The position numbers and the translations under genes are program-made. A stretch of DNA of 63,961 nucleotides, counting the filler, from Octopus bimaculoides (taxonomy: Eukaryota): NCBI RefSeq assembly GCF_001194135.2. It is 6 parts of 6 records of this genome, joined end to end, with 100 filler letters (N's around TTAATTAATTAA, not from the genome) between each part and the next. Parts side by side here need not be neighbours in the genome. Positions count along the whole stretch, not along the records: positions 1 to 25,615 come from NC_068987.1; 5 more parts are not named here. One strand, written 5' to 3'. This document shows, in pieces, positions 11,790-24,739 of this stretch. Below the pieces are notes generated by a model, which saw only the letters and a program-made list of their open reading frames with translations, had not been told where the DNA came from and did not search any database. Within the stretch, counting starts at the first letter, position 1; each line of letters begins with the position of its first letter.

Positions 11790-14090
11790 ATTATGTTCTT
11801 CATACAAAAGAATATAACCGGAAACATCTTAGTGACAAACCATTTTGTCAGTTCCTGAATTCATTCAGATAGCCATTTGGGTTCAATTACAGCAACATGC
11901 CTCAACATTTTTTCACTGTTAAAGGAAGTTTCTTTTAATAGCTCTGAACGACTTCAGAATGACTGATATGAGAGAGTCCAAACATTTCATGCAATTCATT
12001 CCTACCCATGGAGACAAGTTTGTTTTCAATAGTAATTAATGCTGTATTGTATATATCATCATTATATTCTATTTTCCTGCTAGGACATTGCAACGAAATC
12101 TGGTATCTGTAATCTTGTGCAAGAGCTTTTCTTAATTTCAGCCATATTGATACTAGATCCCCTAAGTCACAGTCTTTCAATAGAATAACAGTGACCTCAA
12201 GATTCTTCCCATGCAAGACACAGAGGCTTCTAATATAACTGTCTTCTAACGATTATCCCCTTGTAGCAATTCTAAATTCTCTGTAAGAAATTCTCTGAAA
12301 ATGATCAACAGATCAAAAATCGAGAAAAGATATGGAACCAACAATTTCATGAAGTAACTGTCTGAAGTAAAAGCATTCTTGTTGAAGTATATGCATAGCA
12401 TAAGCATCTAACTCTTACAACAGGATATCTCTTAACATTAGCTCCCCTTTTTGCAATTTTATCTTGGACAAAGTTTGTAAAGAGCTGTAAAAGTGCTTTT
12501 TCTCGACGCAAGAAAATGCCGAGCAGCAGTTTCTGCAGTGAAATAAAATTCTTTTTTATTGTCTAAGTAAACAACCAGTCGTTGAACTGGAGGGCATCGT
12601 TCATGAATTAAGGAAACCAAATATTCACCAAAAAGCCTCATATAGCATTCAATCTGAAACTGTGTGATGCCTTCCTCTTGAAAATTTCGTTATATAGTGA
12701 ACATTGTGACATCAGAACCCATATCTACAGAAATTACAGTATTCTACATTTACATGAATATTAAATGTTTTATATAAAAGCGAATAATAAAGCATTAATT
12801 GCCAATTATATGCTGACCATTTTGTTTTTCAAAACCTCTTCTTTTGTTATGATGGTAGTCTATCGGCTCGTTTGAGTTCCTTTAATAAACTTCTGTTGAA
12901 TTTCGTGCAATATATGATAGTGCTGAAGTAATTATAAGGAATAACTGGGTCGGGGCGGACTGAGTCCATCAACATAAACAAACAGCAAGGGAAATTATAG
13001 AACACTTTNNNNNNNNNNNNNNNNNNNNNNNNNNNNNNNNNNNNNNNNNNNNNNNNNNNNNNNNNNNNNNNNNNNNNNNNNNNNNNNNNNNNNNNNNNNN
13101 NNNNNNNNNNNNNNNNNNNNNNNNNNNNNNNNNNNNNNNNNNNNNNNNNNNNNNNNNNNNNNNNNNNNNNNNNNNNNNATACAGCATTGAGGTACATTCT
13201 AAAACATAGCAAAGACTTTTGATTGTTTTCATAAAATATTTCATGCAGCTTTAAAGTAATTTATAATCTGGTGCTTGAACAGATTTTTGTTACGGCCACG
13301 TACTTATTTTTGAATGTCCTTCCGAAAATAGATCTGTAAAAATTATGGTTCTTTATTTTGTAAAGATTGAATAAAATCACCTCTCTGATAAATCTATGCT
13401 TGTACTTTAAAAGTTGGCATAAACTCACTTTGTCTCATAATTTCCGCTCCAAATGATGTCATTTGAAAATCATAGCTGTGGATGGAATGATTTTCTTTTT
13501 TTTTTTTTTTACAAATATCTTGGAGTTATAATGGTGCTGAAAACAAAATCTAATTATAAATTGTGGCCGCTCAATTAGAGACAAACGGACCTTAGCATTA
13601 GAGCCTCACGTACCTAATTATTCTTTATCCCACCAACACACCAACACTCCTGTCACATGTCTTACACGTCGAGTCCAGGGATGCAATTTTTTCAAATGTA
13701 TCACCATAATTAGGATCATAATTAAATGCAGTTTCTCAGTGCTTTTTTCTCAAAATTTTTATTTGTAAGATTCTGTTGTTGCTGTTTTAAAATTTTATTT
13801 CTCAGTCTATTTCAACCTTTTGTGCTGTCTTTTTCTGTCTGTCTTTCTTAGTTTTTACAATCTTATTTGTTTGTCTTTTTCATTTTCCAGAGTATTTTCA
13901 TTTCTATAATTATCCCTCGTTCTCTGCCATTTTATTTCTCCATCTTGTTCTCGCTTCTTCCCTACATACTCACTCATTTTTTTCAACCTCATTTTCTATC
14001 CGTTTTACTTTCTATTTTCTCAGTATAGCGCTTTGTCACCTTTTGAAGTTTCATTCTTTTCCTCTCTCTCTTTTTCACTCTTTTACGGTA
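11790..14090 (-). mobile_element. Degenerate, internally deleted Helitron Rep/helicase coding region
   Basis: Minus-strand remnants in the expected order: charged N-terminus, ETAFNYDP, FQMTSFGAEIMRQSEFMPTFKVQ...FLQIYF, DMGSD, IHERCPPVQRLVVYLDN..YFTAETA, ECFYFRQLLHEI, IEYNDDIYNTALITIENK. Many stops, and it spans a gap. Confidence 0.8.
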
Positions 14091-14747
14091 ATAATTATTT
14101 GTTTACTTTTCTCTCATGCTCATGAACGCTCATGGGAAAGAGATCATAATAGTGGCCTTTAATAGTTTGACTACTAAATAATACACAAATGTTCCATTCC
14201 GGGAGTACTCGACTGTTTACGGTGAACTGAGAAACAATTTCAAAGCCATTTTTGTGATGAATCTGATTTTGCATGCTACAATTCATTAATTGCTACCAGT
14301 AAAACATTACCCGACTGATATAAGTTTACTAATACTGCATTATGCTACTAGGAATAAATGGGTGAAAACCCCTGTTGTTAAATACATGATGTACGACTTT
14401 TTCATGTATGATAGTAATTGATATTGTTATGAAACAAGAATCATCAGATCCTGAAAAAATTAATGTTATTTATTTCTATTTAAAATTAAATCTGTCCAAG
14501 AAATAAGTTACTTTGATTTTGTTGAATATTTTTCAATGAATTTAATGCATACTTTATCTTAAATGTACACTCAAGGTGGCGGAAAAAGTATGGTGATTAA
14601 CATTATCCCTTACCATGATTAATAAGGTTCAAAACAAATAACTGTAACGTTGGACACTTGCATATTTGTTCTGCGTTCACTTGACACTTACGAGGCACTA
14701 CAACGAAAATTTTAACTTCTAGCGAAAAAAATTATAAAATGAATATA

Positions 14748-14814
<67 letters not shown>

Positions 14815-15309
14815 TTCTAAATTAGATTTTCCATTATGCAATTGCTACGACGAACATTCTTTAGAAACTAAACTATTTATCTCTCATAAATTGTGCATAT
14901 ACAGAGGGGATAACTGTACTACACCTGTAACTGCAAAGATTAAGGTTTTCCTCTTTGTTTTGTTTGTATCATATTCTCCGACTTATAAAGTGTTCCTTGC
15001 TTAAACTTCTCCACATGAAAATTCTTTGTGTATTTATTCTTGGTTAACGAAATCAAGTTAATTTAAGTTACATTTAAGTGACGTGTTCACTTTGAAGTGG
15101 TCTATTTCACCATGAAACGACACGTCCTCGTTTAAAAATCAATATATTTGCACTTTGAAATTATGATTTCAGTTTATTGTGTAAAATACAATTACATATT
15201 GATTACCTATATCAATATGTATCGATGTAATAGTTGTTAATGGGAAAATTGTCAATTACTAACCACATAGAGATGTAACCTCTATATAACAGTAACCGAT
15301 ATAAATGTT

Positions 15310-15405
15310 GGCTGGTTGGTTGGTTGGTTGGCTGGTTGGTTGGTTGGTTGGTTGGTTGGTTGGTTGGTTGGTTGGTTGGTTGGTTGGCTAGTTGGTTGGT
15401 TGGTT
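15310..15405. repeat. (TTGG)n microsatellite
   Basis: Direct inspection. Confidence 0.95.
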
Positions 15406-15429
15406 GATTTCTCCAGTCACGCTTTACAT

Positions 15430-15725
15430 CAGTGATTCCCAAATTTTTTCGGGCTGCCGCCCCCTTAACACTCAGACCACATTCCTAGCGCCTCCACCTC
15501 AACTAACCATCACAAATATAGACCTCTTTCTGAAGCAAATTCAAAGCAAATGTATTTCACAAATAAAACTTGACCTGATGAATCCATTATTTTGCTGTTT
15601 TTAACCCATTATCACCCCAATTTTTACATGAATTGTACCCCATTATCGTCCCATTTTTCTTCAACGCCCCTTGGAACTTTCCACCCACCCCCAGTGGGCA
15701 ATATCGCCCACTTTGGGAACCACCG
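15430..15725. mobile_element. Non-autonomous hAT (Charlie/Buster-like) MITE, 296 bp
   Basis: TIRs CAGTGATTCCCAAA / TTTGGGAACCACCG and a perfect 8-bp TSD CTTTACAT (15422-29 and 15726-33) with a central TA. Confidence 0.9.
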
Positions 15726-16337
15726 CTTTACATCGTACAAAGAGACAAGGAGAGAGGGTAAAACAAATACAAAAAGTTAAGATAAGAGTTACAGGATGAG
15801 TGCATATACTAGACTTCGTGGCAGGAGAAGCAGAGGGAGTAAATGACAGAGTAATTATGAGAGGAGTTATACAAATGAGACACTTGTTTTAATTAATCTT
15901 ATTTTAAGGTAATAAATATTTTCTTTTGAAAATTAGTATTCGTTTCATTAATTTAAATAAGCACAAAAAAATTTAATCACGGTTAAATTGTAATTATTGT
16001 ATATATGTCATATTTCCTGACATTACCCATGGTGATAAAGGTATATTTCCAAAGTTACCTATTATACGATGGGTAACACTTTAGTATCGATGTAATAGTT
16101 GTGTAAACAACAATCAAATACTGACCACATATAGAGATAGTAGCTATAAATACAAAATACAGTCAAATAATTGACGCACCATGACGAAGAAGTTAAGAAG
16201 TTTGCTTCACAACCACAAGACTCGGGTTACTTTCTCCACCTGGGGTCTTGAGCTAGTGTCATTTGCCACGGCTCTGGTCGTTTCAATCCTTGATAATGAC
16301 ATTGGGTAGATAGTGCCCTTTTCTTTGGATGCTTTTT

Positions 16338-17490
16338 TTTTGTATTCTTCTTATCTTCACTCTTAAATATAAGCCAAAGATTCGTCGAATGAACTACAAT
16401 AAATGGTACATGCCTTTCAGACGACATTGTCATATGGAATCAAAGAAATGGAAGAAATTATGTTATATTTTCTTCATAAGTGAAAATAGTTTTTTTGTCA
16501 TTTGAGTCTCGAAGAAGAATGAAAGTAATAATTATACATCTGACTCAAAAGTTCAGATTTATCACATACAGAGTCAGACTGATTCTGCTTGAGAGTTACG
16601 TAAAAGGTACACGAACTATGTCAATGATTCAATGAGCAGATAGATAAATTGATCGTATAACTGATCATTCATCGTTGAAAACGACGGAGATCCATTTACA
16701 GTGGTATACTGTCCAATATAATAGATGCGATATTGTAAAATATAGTGAAATACGAAGCACATATCATGGCTTATAGTGTAGGCTAAAAGATGAATACTAA
16801 GTAGGTGTTGTTTATTCTTAGTAGTTTCTGATAGAAGATACTGATCTAATCTATAAAACAAAGGAACGTGATAAATCTGTATATACCTTATTTATTTTTT
16901 TTATTGTTGGATATGTTGGATGTGCTGAATATGAGAAATTGCGGTCGTTGAAGTAGTAATAGTAGTCCATAATAAATAACGTCTGGTAGATAGTTGAACA
17001 TATAAAATAACGTCGTTTCGTGATTGTCGATACGAAATCTTTTCTTACCTACATGAACGGCTTAGCAAAACAGATATTAAAATAGCATTCACCAACGCAA
17101 TTTTCAACTCATTTTTTATTCAATTCAATAATATTTTGTGTTGCTTATTATGTATACTTTAAGTCAGTGTATATATACTTGTTTTAATTCATTACTGCTA
17201 TCTTTAACTTAAATCAAACTTGCACGAGATTATAGAAAAACGGACTCGAAAATGTGATATTACTTCCATTCTTCTTCGAGATTCTAATGACAAAAATAAT
17301 ATTTTCACTTCTGAAGAAAACATAACAATTTCTTCTATTTCTTCGATTCCATACGAAACTGTCGTCTGAAAACAGTCTCCCGAGATAGACAATTTGTTAG
17401 GTTGTCAAGCATGTAAATAACACCATTTATTGTCTTTCACGAATCTTTGGCGTATATTTAATAGTCAAGATCAGAAGAATACAAAGAAAA
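16338..17490. repeat. Long-arm inverted repeat (foldback or long-TIR element)
   Basis: About 16338-16540 matches the reverse complement of about 17255-17490 (e.g. TATGGAATC.AAGAAAT.GAAGAAATT, TCTCGAAGAAGAATG.AAGTAATA, GCCAAAGATTCGT). The left arm has a deletion of about 40 bp. Confidence 0.8.
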
Positions 17491-18052
17491 ATATTCTTAA
17501 TGCACCGAATAAATTGTCTGTTTTTAATCTGGAAACTCTGCATCAAATGACTGATTTGGAAAGACGAACAAATAAAACAGTGAGGTAGAAAAATTTGGAT
17601 GTTCAGTTCAAAGAAAACTTTTCTTAGGTATTTGCATTTAGGAGAAGGTTCTGGAACAAGTGAATATTTGGCCAATAACGCTATCATTTACATATCATTT
17701 CTATTCTCGTTATATATGACAAAGAATTCATATAATTTACTATTTTTGTTGTTGTTGCTTCTGCTACTTCTGTTGTTATTGTTGTTGTTGATGTTCTTGT
17801 TGATGGTGTCCTTGTTGTTGTTATTTAAGCTCAGCTTGCATGTAATGTCTACGTTCCTGAGATGTTCGTACGATAATAAATTATGGATTAGGTTTTTAAC
17901 GATTCTATTTTATATGTGAACAATTCTGCCCATTATGTGTATGTGAGACAGTCTGAGTGAGTGAATGTATACCTGTGTGTTTGTATATGATGGTTTAGGT
18001 GTGTGTCTCTGTGTGTATGTATATATGTATGTAAATATATATGTATATATAT

Positions 18053-18104
<52 letters not shown>

Positions 18105-18645
18105 NNNNNNNNNNNNNNNNNNNNNNNNNNNNNNNNNNNNNNNNNNNNNNNNNNNNNNNNNNNNNNNNNNNNNNNNNNNNNNNNNNNNNNNNNNNNNNNN
18201 NNNNNNNNNNNNNNNNNNNNNNNNNNNNNNNNNNNNNNNNNNNNNNNNNNNNNNNNNNNNNNNNNNNNNNNNNNNNNNNNNNNNNNNNNNNNNNNNNNNN
18301 NNNNNNNNNNNNNNNNNNNNNNNNNNNNNNNNNNNNNNNNNNNNNNNNNNNNNNNNNNNNNNNNNNNNNNNNNNNNNNNNNNNNNNNNNNNNNNNNNNNN
18401 NNNNNNNNNNNNNNNNNNNNNNNNNNNNNNNNNNNNNNNNNNNNNNNNNNNNNNNNNNNNNNNNNNNNNNNNNNNNNNNNNNNNNNNNNNNNNNNNNNNN
18501 NNNNNNNNNNNNNNNNNNNNNNNNNNNNNNNNNNNNNNNNNNNNNNNNNNNNNNNNNNNNNNNNNNNNNNNNNNNNNNNNNNNNNNNNNNNNNNNNNNNN
18601 NNNNNNNNNNNNNNNNNNNNNNNNNNNNNNNNNNNNNNNNNNNNN

Positions 18646-18692
<47 letters not shown>

Positions 18693-19046
18693 TACATACA
18701 TATATGTGCATATATATATACATACATATACATCCTCCTATCACACACCTACATCCGCTCATATACATACACATACGCATACATATATATACACACGCAC
18801 ACACAATTATTTGTACAAAATATATACATACATATACATATACTTACACACGTACGCATTCACACAATTAAAAAGGAAAAAAAATGAATATATATATATA
18901 TAAAAAATAAAAAATGTTAAGACATATGCGGGAGAGTGAATATATGCCTGTATATATATACGTATATTTATACGTATAAATGTCTAAATATATATGCATA
19001 CAGACACCTATGTGTAATTGAGGATGAAGTTACGTGCACATACACG

Positions 19047-19098
<52 letters not shown>

Positions 19099-19461
19099 CA
19101 TGTGTGTGTATGTGTGTGGGTATGTGCGTATGCATGAGTACGTACATGCACATATATGTGTGTGTACGTATGTACATGTACATATACATGTTTGTGTGAG
19201 TGTGTACGTATGTAAACGTTATGAATGCAGGCGGTTTTATGTCTATGTATTGTGAGAATAAGGTTGCGTGTATTTTTTATCTTTTATCTTTTATCTTTTT
19301 TCTTTCTTTCTTTTTTTCCTATCTATTAGAGTAACATCCCTTTTATTCAATGGTTTTTTCATAGCGTCTATTACCATTAATAGCCGACGAGAATGTATTG
19401 TAGCTCTTCGCTCCAACATTCCAAAATCCGAGTACTACAATGACAACTTACTGATTGTCCT

Positions 19462-19529
<68 letters not shown>

Positions 19530-19531
<2 letters not shown>

Positions 19532-19720
19532 TGACCGTTGACTGAACACTATTCAATTTTTCTCTCCGTGTTTTTCTCCTAGTCTCCGTATTCTTTCTGT
19601 TGAAGAGCGTAGCTCGAAACGTCAAAGACTTTCCGTATTCCCGAGCGTCATACTAATATATACTTTTGTTATTTACACCACCTGTCCTCGTCTGTTGTTA
19701 TTTTTTGTATATTCTCCCAT
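19530..19720 (+). mobile_element. Short Penelope-type non-coding fragment flanked by (TA)n, with hammerhead-like motif
   Basis: About 190 bp between TA tracts, no ORF, contains the 19592-19628 motif. Confidence 0.55.
19592..19628 (+). ncRNA. Minimal hammerhead-like motif, core variant
   Basis: TCTTT-CTGTTGA-A-GAGC-GTA-GCTC-GAAA-CG-TC-AAAGA: 5-bp stem I, 4-bp stem II, ACGT helix III and GUC triplet. A6 is replaced by U, and there is an extra A after A9. Confidence 0.5.
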
Positions 19721-19732
19721 ATATATATATAT

Positions 19733-20140
19733 GCGTTCAGGGGTGGCTGTGTAGTAGCAAGCTTGGTTCCCAACCATATGGTTCCAAGTCCAGTCCCACT
19801 GACTGGCACCTTGAGCAAGCGTCTTCTAACAAAGCCTCGGGCCGACCAGTGAGTAGATTTGGTAGACGGAAACTGAAAGACGCCTATCGTATATATATAT
19901 ATATATGTATGTATATGTATGTGAGAGTGTGTGTGTCTTTGTACCCCATCATCACTTGAAAACCAGTGTTGGTGTGTTTACATCTCTGAAACTTAACTGT
20001 TTGGTAAGAAGACCAATAAAATAATTACTAGGCTTTAAAAATAAATCCTGGGGTGGAATTGTTCGACAAAAACACTTCAGGGCGGTGCTCCAGCATGACT
20101 GCAGTCAAATGACTGAAACAAGTAAAAGAATAAAAGAATA
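19733..20140 (+). mobile_element. tRNA-derived SINE family A, full length, diverged
   Basis: GTGGCTGTGT.GTA head, CACCTTGAGCAAG, GGTAGACGGAAACTGAAAGA, internal TA/TG tract, GGCGGTGCTCCAGCATG..GCAGTCAAATGACTGAAACAAGTAAAAGAATA tail. Confidence 0.85.
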
Positions 20141-20282
20141 TATATATATATATGTATAATCCAAGAGAGTTAGGGGTTGAGGATCCAACCCACTGCTGGG
20201 AGGGTACCCAATTATTGTTACACTAGTGTTATACCAAGTGCAATACGTGGGTGCGGGTAAAAGGGTTTTTTTACCCTAAATT

Positions 20283-20871
20283 TATATAGCAATAAGAAAA
20301 TGGAGGGGAACGTGAGGTACTCATCAACTTGCAAACACTGTATTCCGTTGATTAATCTGTTTATTTTATAACCAAAATGACAAAAAACACAATACACAGA
20401 CACTTATGACATACCTGTACGCTAGAGTAATTAGTAGATGAAAATGTAATGGGGTACATGCATGATTCACTAGGCCTCTTCAGAGATTTACAAAATTCAA
20501 TTAATGAATTTTGCAAAATTTAAATACAAATATAAAATCAAAATAAAAATAAAAAATAAAAAATAAAAATATAAAAATATAAGGCACATAAAAAAAAACT
20601 ACAAAAAGTATATAAAAAAACATATAGTCATAAAAACTCATATATACATGCATATGCATATATACATTACCATATACAGATATACATGGGTACAAAAACA
20701 TAACCACATGGGTACATATATGTGTGCTCAAATGCACATACACAGATGGCTGTACATGCATACCAAAATAGTCAACAGTCACTGTTACCATATGTGAAGG
20801 GGACGGACACACACATATATATATATATATATATATCCCCTCACACATACATACATACATACATACATACA

Positions 20872-20904
<33 letters not shown>

Positions 20905-23900
20905 GTATATATAAATACTCCCATACATACATGTTCCCTGGTATGAACGTTTTTCGTCGCGTTTGGAAAGCTGTTTATATGCTAAATCTGTGGGGTACGT
21001 GCGTGTCAGTTCTGTACGTGGTGAGGTACTCCGTTATTTTTTCGTTTATGGAGAAGATAGGGTCCTGCTAGTAGTGGGTATTTAGAATCCTGCTGGTATT
21101 TGGGGAGGGATAATTTTTACTGCTAATTCCTCTCATCTAATTGGACATCTATTGTTTTAAACTATCTAGGCTTAGCTACGGTTGGATAGTCTTTAACCGG
21201 TCAAAAGAGTTAGGTGTGAATATATATATATACATACATACACACACACGCGTGTGTGGATGTATGTATACACGTGCACACATACGTATACACATACACA
21301 CACATACATACCTTCATGCCTGTATATACTTATATAGATGGAGTGTATATACAAATACAAAGATTAAATGAGTTGTTGAATAGATTATTAAGAAGTTTAT
21401 ATGCGGATACAAATAAATAAATAAATATTCGTATGTATGTATACACATATACACGACTAGACTATAATAAGGGGTAAAGTAACAAAACAAAGCCATAATA
21501 TGTTAATACTATAAGACTGCTCATATTCCACTTCACGGTATGTTGGCGTTAAATGCTAAGATTATATCTATAATACAGTCTCAGATTACTTATTAAGACT
21601 CCTACGTATATATAACGTACACCTATATGTTATCAAATTGTAGTTATTTTGGGTGAAAGTACGATCAAAAGCTATTGTACCCGACTCATTGTCTTAGATT
21701 ATGCTTAAGAGTTTCTTATGTCTGACAGCAGGATTCTCTACATAGTAGAGTCACTCAACTAATGAACCACTACGGCAGTTATTCATAAACTTAGTGATTC
21801 GCGTGTAATTATATCTCATTGTTTCTACTGTTAGCTTTATACATGGGACGCTATTTACTATAGAGACAAGAGTGAATGGGGGTGACCTTAAGATTTGAGT
21901 ATCCTACATAACTAACTATTCTAGCTACTAATTAACCAATACATTAGTTCAAATGAGTAAATAAGTAAATAATTAATTGACTAATCAAACAATCGATGAA
22001 TAAATCTGTCCAAACCTTGGCAAAATAGCGTTAAATACTAGAGACCTTAGCACGTAGTAGACAGTTACCCACACATTTTCATATCTACACACTCAAAATG
22101 TGCATACACACAGATATATATAAGTGCACGTACATCAACATAATTATATCAAACTAAATATATATATACTCATTTACATATGTCTGCTTAATTATCATAT
22201 GTTAGCTAATACAATGTCAGTAAACTCTCATTAGTTACCATTAAAACAGATGTGGTGCTTTAGTACTAGCTTCTATTTATATTAAATGTATATATATACA
22301 TAGATATCACACTTAACCTCATTCAATATAGGATAGTAACAGTGGTTAGCTTAAATACATACTATTACATCAGGGATGGTATTTTAATACTAGGTTCTAC
22401 TTGAATTTAGAGAAGGTATACCCAATTTTATGAAGGCATGAAACGTTGCGTTCCTTCAGATTGTTAATAAGCGGAATTTGGCCCTAATTAGGAAAAAAAA
22501 TTCATTTATGCATAATAAGCATTTTCTATTTTTATTATTGTATGCAGGTGCGGATGTCAATATTTCCCAGTGTAGGTTAAAGTTAGTACCTTTATTTTTG
22601 AGTTCCCATATGTAGCTACTTAATCCGGTAGAATGTCTTCTGTTCCTGTTCCTAAACGTATAATTGTGATAATCAAGTCTTTGTTTCATACTGTTTTTAG
22701 TCGCACCCACGTATACCCTACTATCATATTTTGTATTTACTACACATTGGTATACTACTTCCTTTCTAATGCAGCTATTTTCGAACACGCAATTTTCACT
22801 TATTCTACAATTACAATTTTTACTTTGGTGCACATAGTTAATGTAATTGGTGTTAAAATTTGCCATGCTTTTACTATTTATTCGGTTATTGTTGATCCTC
22901 AAGATACTGTTATTGCTAATACTATTATCAATGTTAGTATTCCTACTACTGTTGTTATTATTAATACTTCCATTGTTACTTGTACTATTATTATTATTAC
23001 TACTATTTTTATTATTTATGTTAATGTTATTGTTTCCAGTATCAATATTAATATCATTATTACCATTATTATAATTATCATTATTATAGTTATCATTGTT
23101 GCTATATATGTTTGTGTTGTCTATGTTATTTTTCCTACTCATATAGAAAACATCCAGTTTTCTATTGTTAATTGAGAAGATTATGGTAGCCAGGTTGTGC
23201 GTTAGGCTATATCCTATTCTTACTGTTTTATTATTAATTAACTCCCAATATTTATTTTTTCCTTTTACAAAGTGCTTATTGATTAGACTGAAGATTGTTT
23301 TTACTATGTCCTTTTTGATTCTGCATGGCGAAGGGGATTATTAGCCACAGAGTGTCTAACCCATTATTGTCTTTCTAAGGGTTGTCTACATTATGTGTGG
23401 ATCTTCCGGTATTATTCATATTCCTAATATTATACTTAATATTATTCTTCATGTTACCGTTTTTGTTGCTGTTCTTCCTATTATAACTATTGTTTTTAAA
23501 ACCATTTTTTTCGTCCTCAATTATTGTCAATATCACCATTATTACTATTATTGCCATCCTTTCTGTTATTAATGCTCTTATCACTATTGCTTTCATTACT
23601 ATTATCTCTCGTTGGTTGCCCTATCCTATTTTTAATATTTTTCTTATTACTATTACTAATATCATTATTACTATTACTGATTCTGCAACCATTGCTTTTG
23701 TTTTTATTTCTGGTTTTGGCAGTGCTACATTTGGCAAAACTATTCATTTTGGGGGTAATTGTTCCATCCTGACTATTATGGTTATTGTTGTTATTGGGGA
23801 TGTATTTTATTCTATTCTTATATCCTGCATTTTTTAGTGCCACATTGTATCTTTCCTTATGTTTATTGAAAATCTCCTCATTAAAGGAGAGGTTTGAAAT

Positions 23901-24101
23901 TCTTTTACTTATATTCAGTAGTAGTGCTTTTTTTATTTGTTGGGGATGGTTACTAGAACTATTTATATATCTTAGATTAGAATTTTCCTTTATATACGGC
24001 TCGTCATTTTGGTTATAAAATAAACAGATTTATCAACGGAATACAGTGTCTGCAAGTTGATGAGTACCTCATATTCCCGTCCATTTTCTTACTGCTATAT
24101 A
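20283..24101 (-). mobile_element. 5'-truncated Penelope-like (Neptune-type) retroelement bounded by inverted 99-bp terminal segments
   Basis: 20283-20381 and 24003-24101 are inverted copies (93/99 identical) enclosing RT-thumb and GIY-YIG coding remnants. The 20.5-22.4 kb interior contains microsatellites and may include other insertions. Confidence 0.75.
22456..24002 (-). pseudogene. Penelope/Neptune RT C-terminus, Zn-finger linker and GIY-YIG endonuclease
   Basis: EPYIKENSNLRYINSSSNHPQQIKKALLLNISKRISNLSFNEEIFN...ALKNAGY; LWLIIPF..FSLINKHF..NKTVRIGYS; CNCRISENCVFENSC; VVYQC...VYVGAT..KQRLDYH..HSTGLSSYIWELK..WEIL..CLLCINE. Frameshifts are present. Confidence 0.9.
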
Positions 24102-24739
24102 TATATATGTGTATATANNNNNNNNNNNNNNNNNNNNNNNNNNNNNNNNNNNNNNNNNNNNNNNNNNNNNNNNNNNNNNNNNNNNNNNNNNNNNNNNNNN
24201 NNNNNNNNNNNNNNNNNNNNNNNNNNNNNNNNNNNNNNNNNNNNNNNNNNNNNNNNNNNNNNNNNNNNNNNNNNNNNNNNNNNNNNNNNNNNNNNNNNNN
24301 NNNNNNNNNNNNNNNNNNNNNNNNNNNNNNNNNNNNNNNNNNNNNNNNNNNNNNNNNNNNNNNNNNNNNNNNNNNNNNNNNNNNNNNNNNNNNNNNNNNN
24401 NNNNNNNNNNNNNNNNNNNNNNNNNNNNNNNNNNNNNNNNNNNNNNNNNNNNNNNNNNNNNNNNNNNNNNNNNNNNNNNNNNNNNNNNNNNNNNNNNNNN
24501 NNNNNNNNNNNNNNNNNNNNNNNNNNNNNNNNNNNNNNNNNNNNNNNNNNNNNNNNNNNNNNNNNNNNNNNNNNNNNNNNNNNNNNNNNNNNNNNNNNNN
24601 NNNNNNNNNNNNNNNNNNNNNNNNNNNNNNNNNNNNNNNNNNNNNNNNNNNNNNNNNNNNNNNNNNNNNNNNNNNNNNNNNNNNNNNNNNNNNNNNNNNN
24701 NNNNNNNNNNNNNNNNNNNNNNNNATATATATATGCATG

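Noticed and set aside
17311-17370. CTGAAGA...CGAAAC inside the foldback arm
   Set aside because: No stem II, stem I is out of register, and the opposite arm does not preserve the core.
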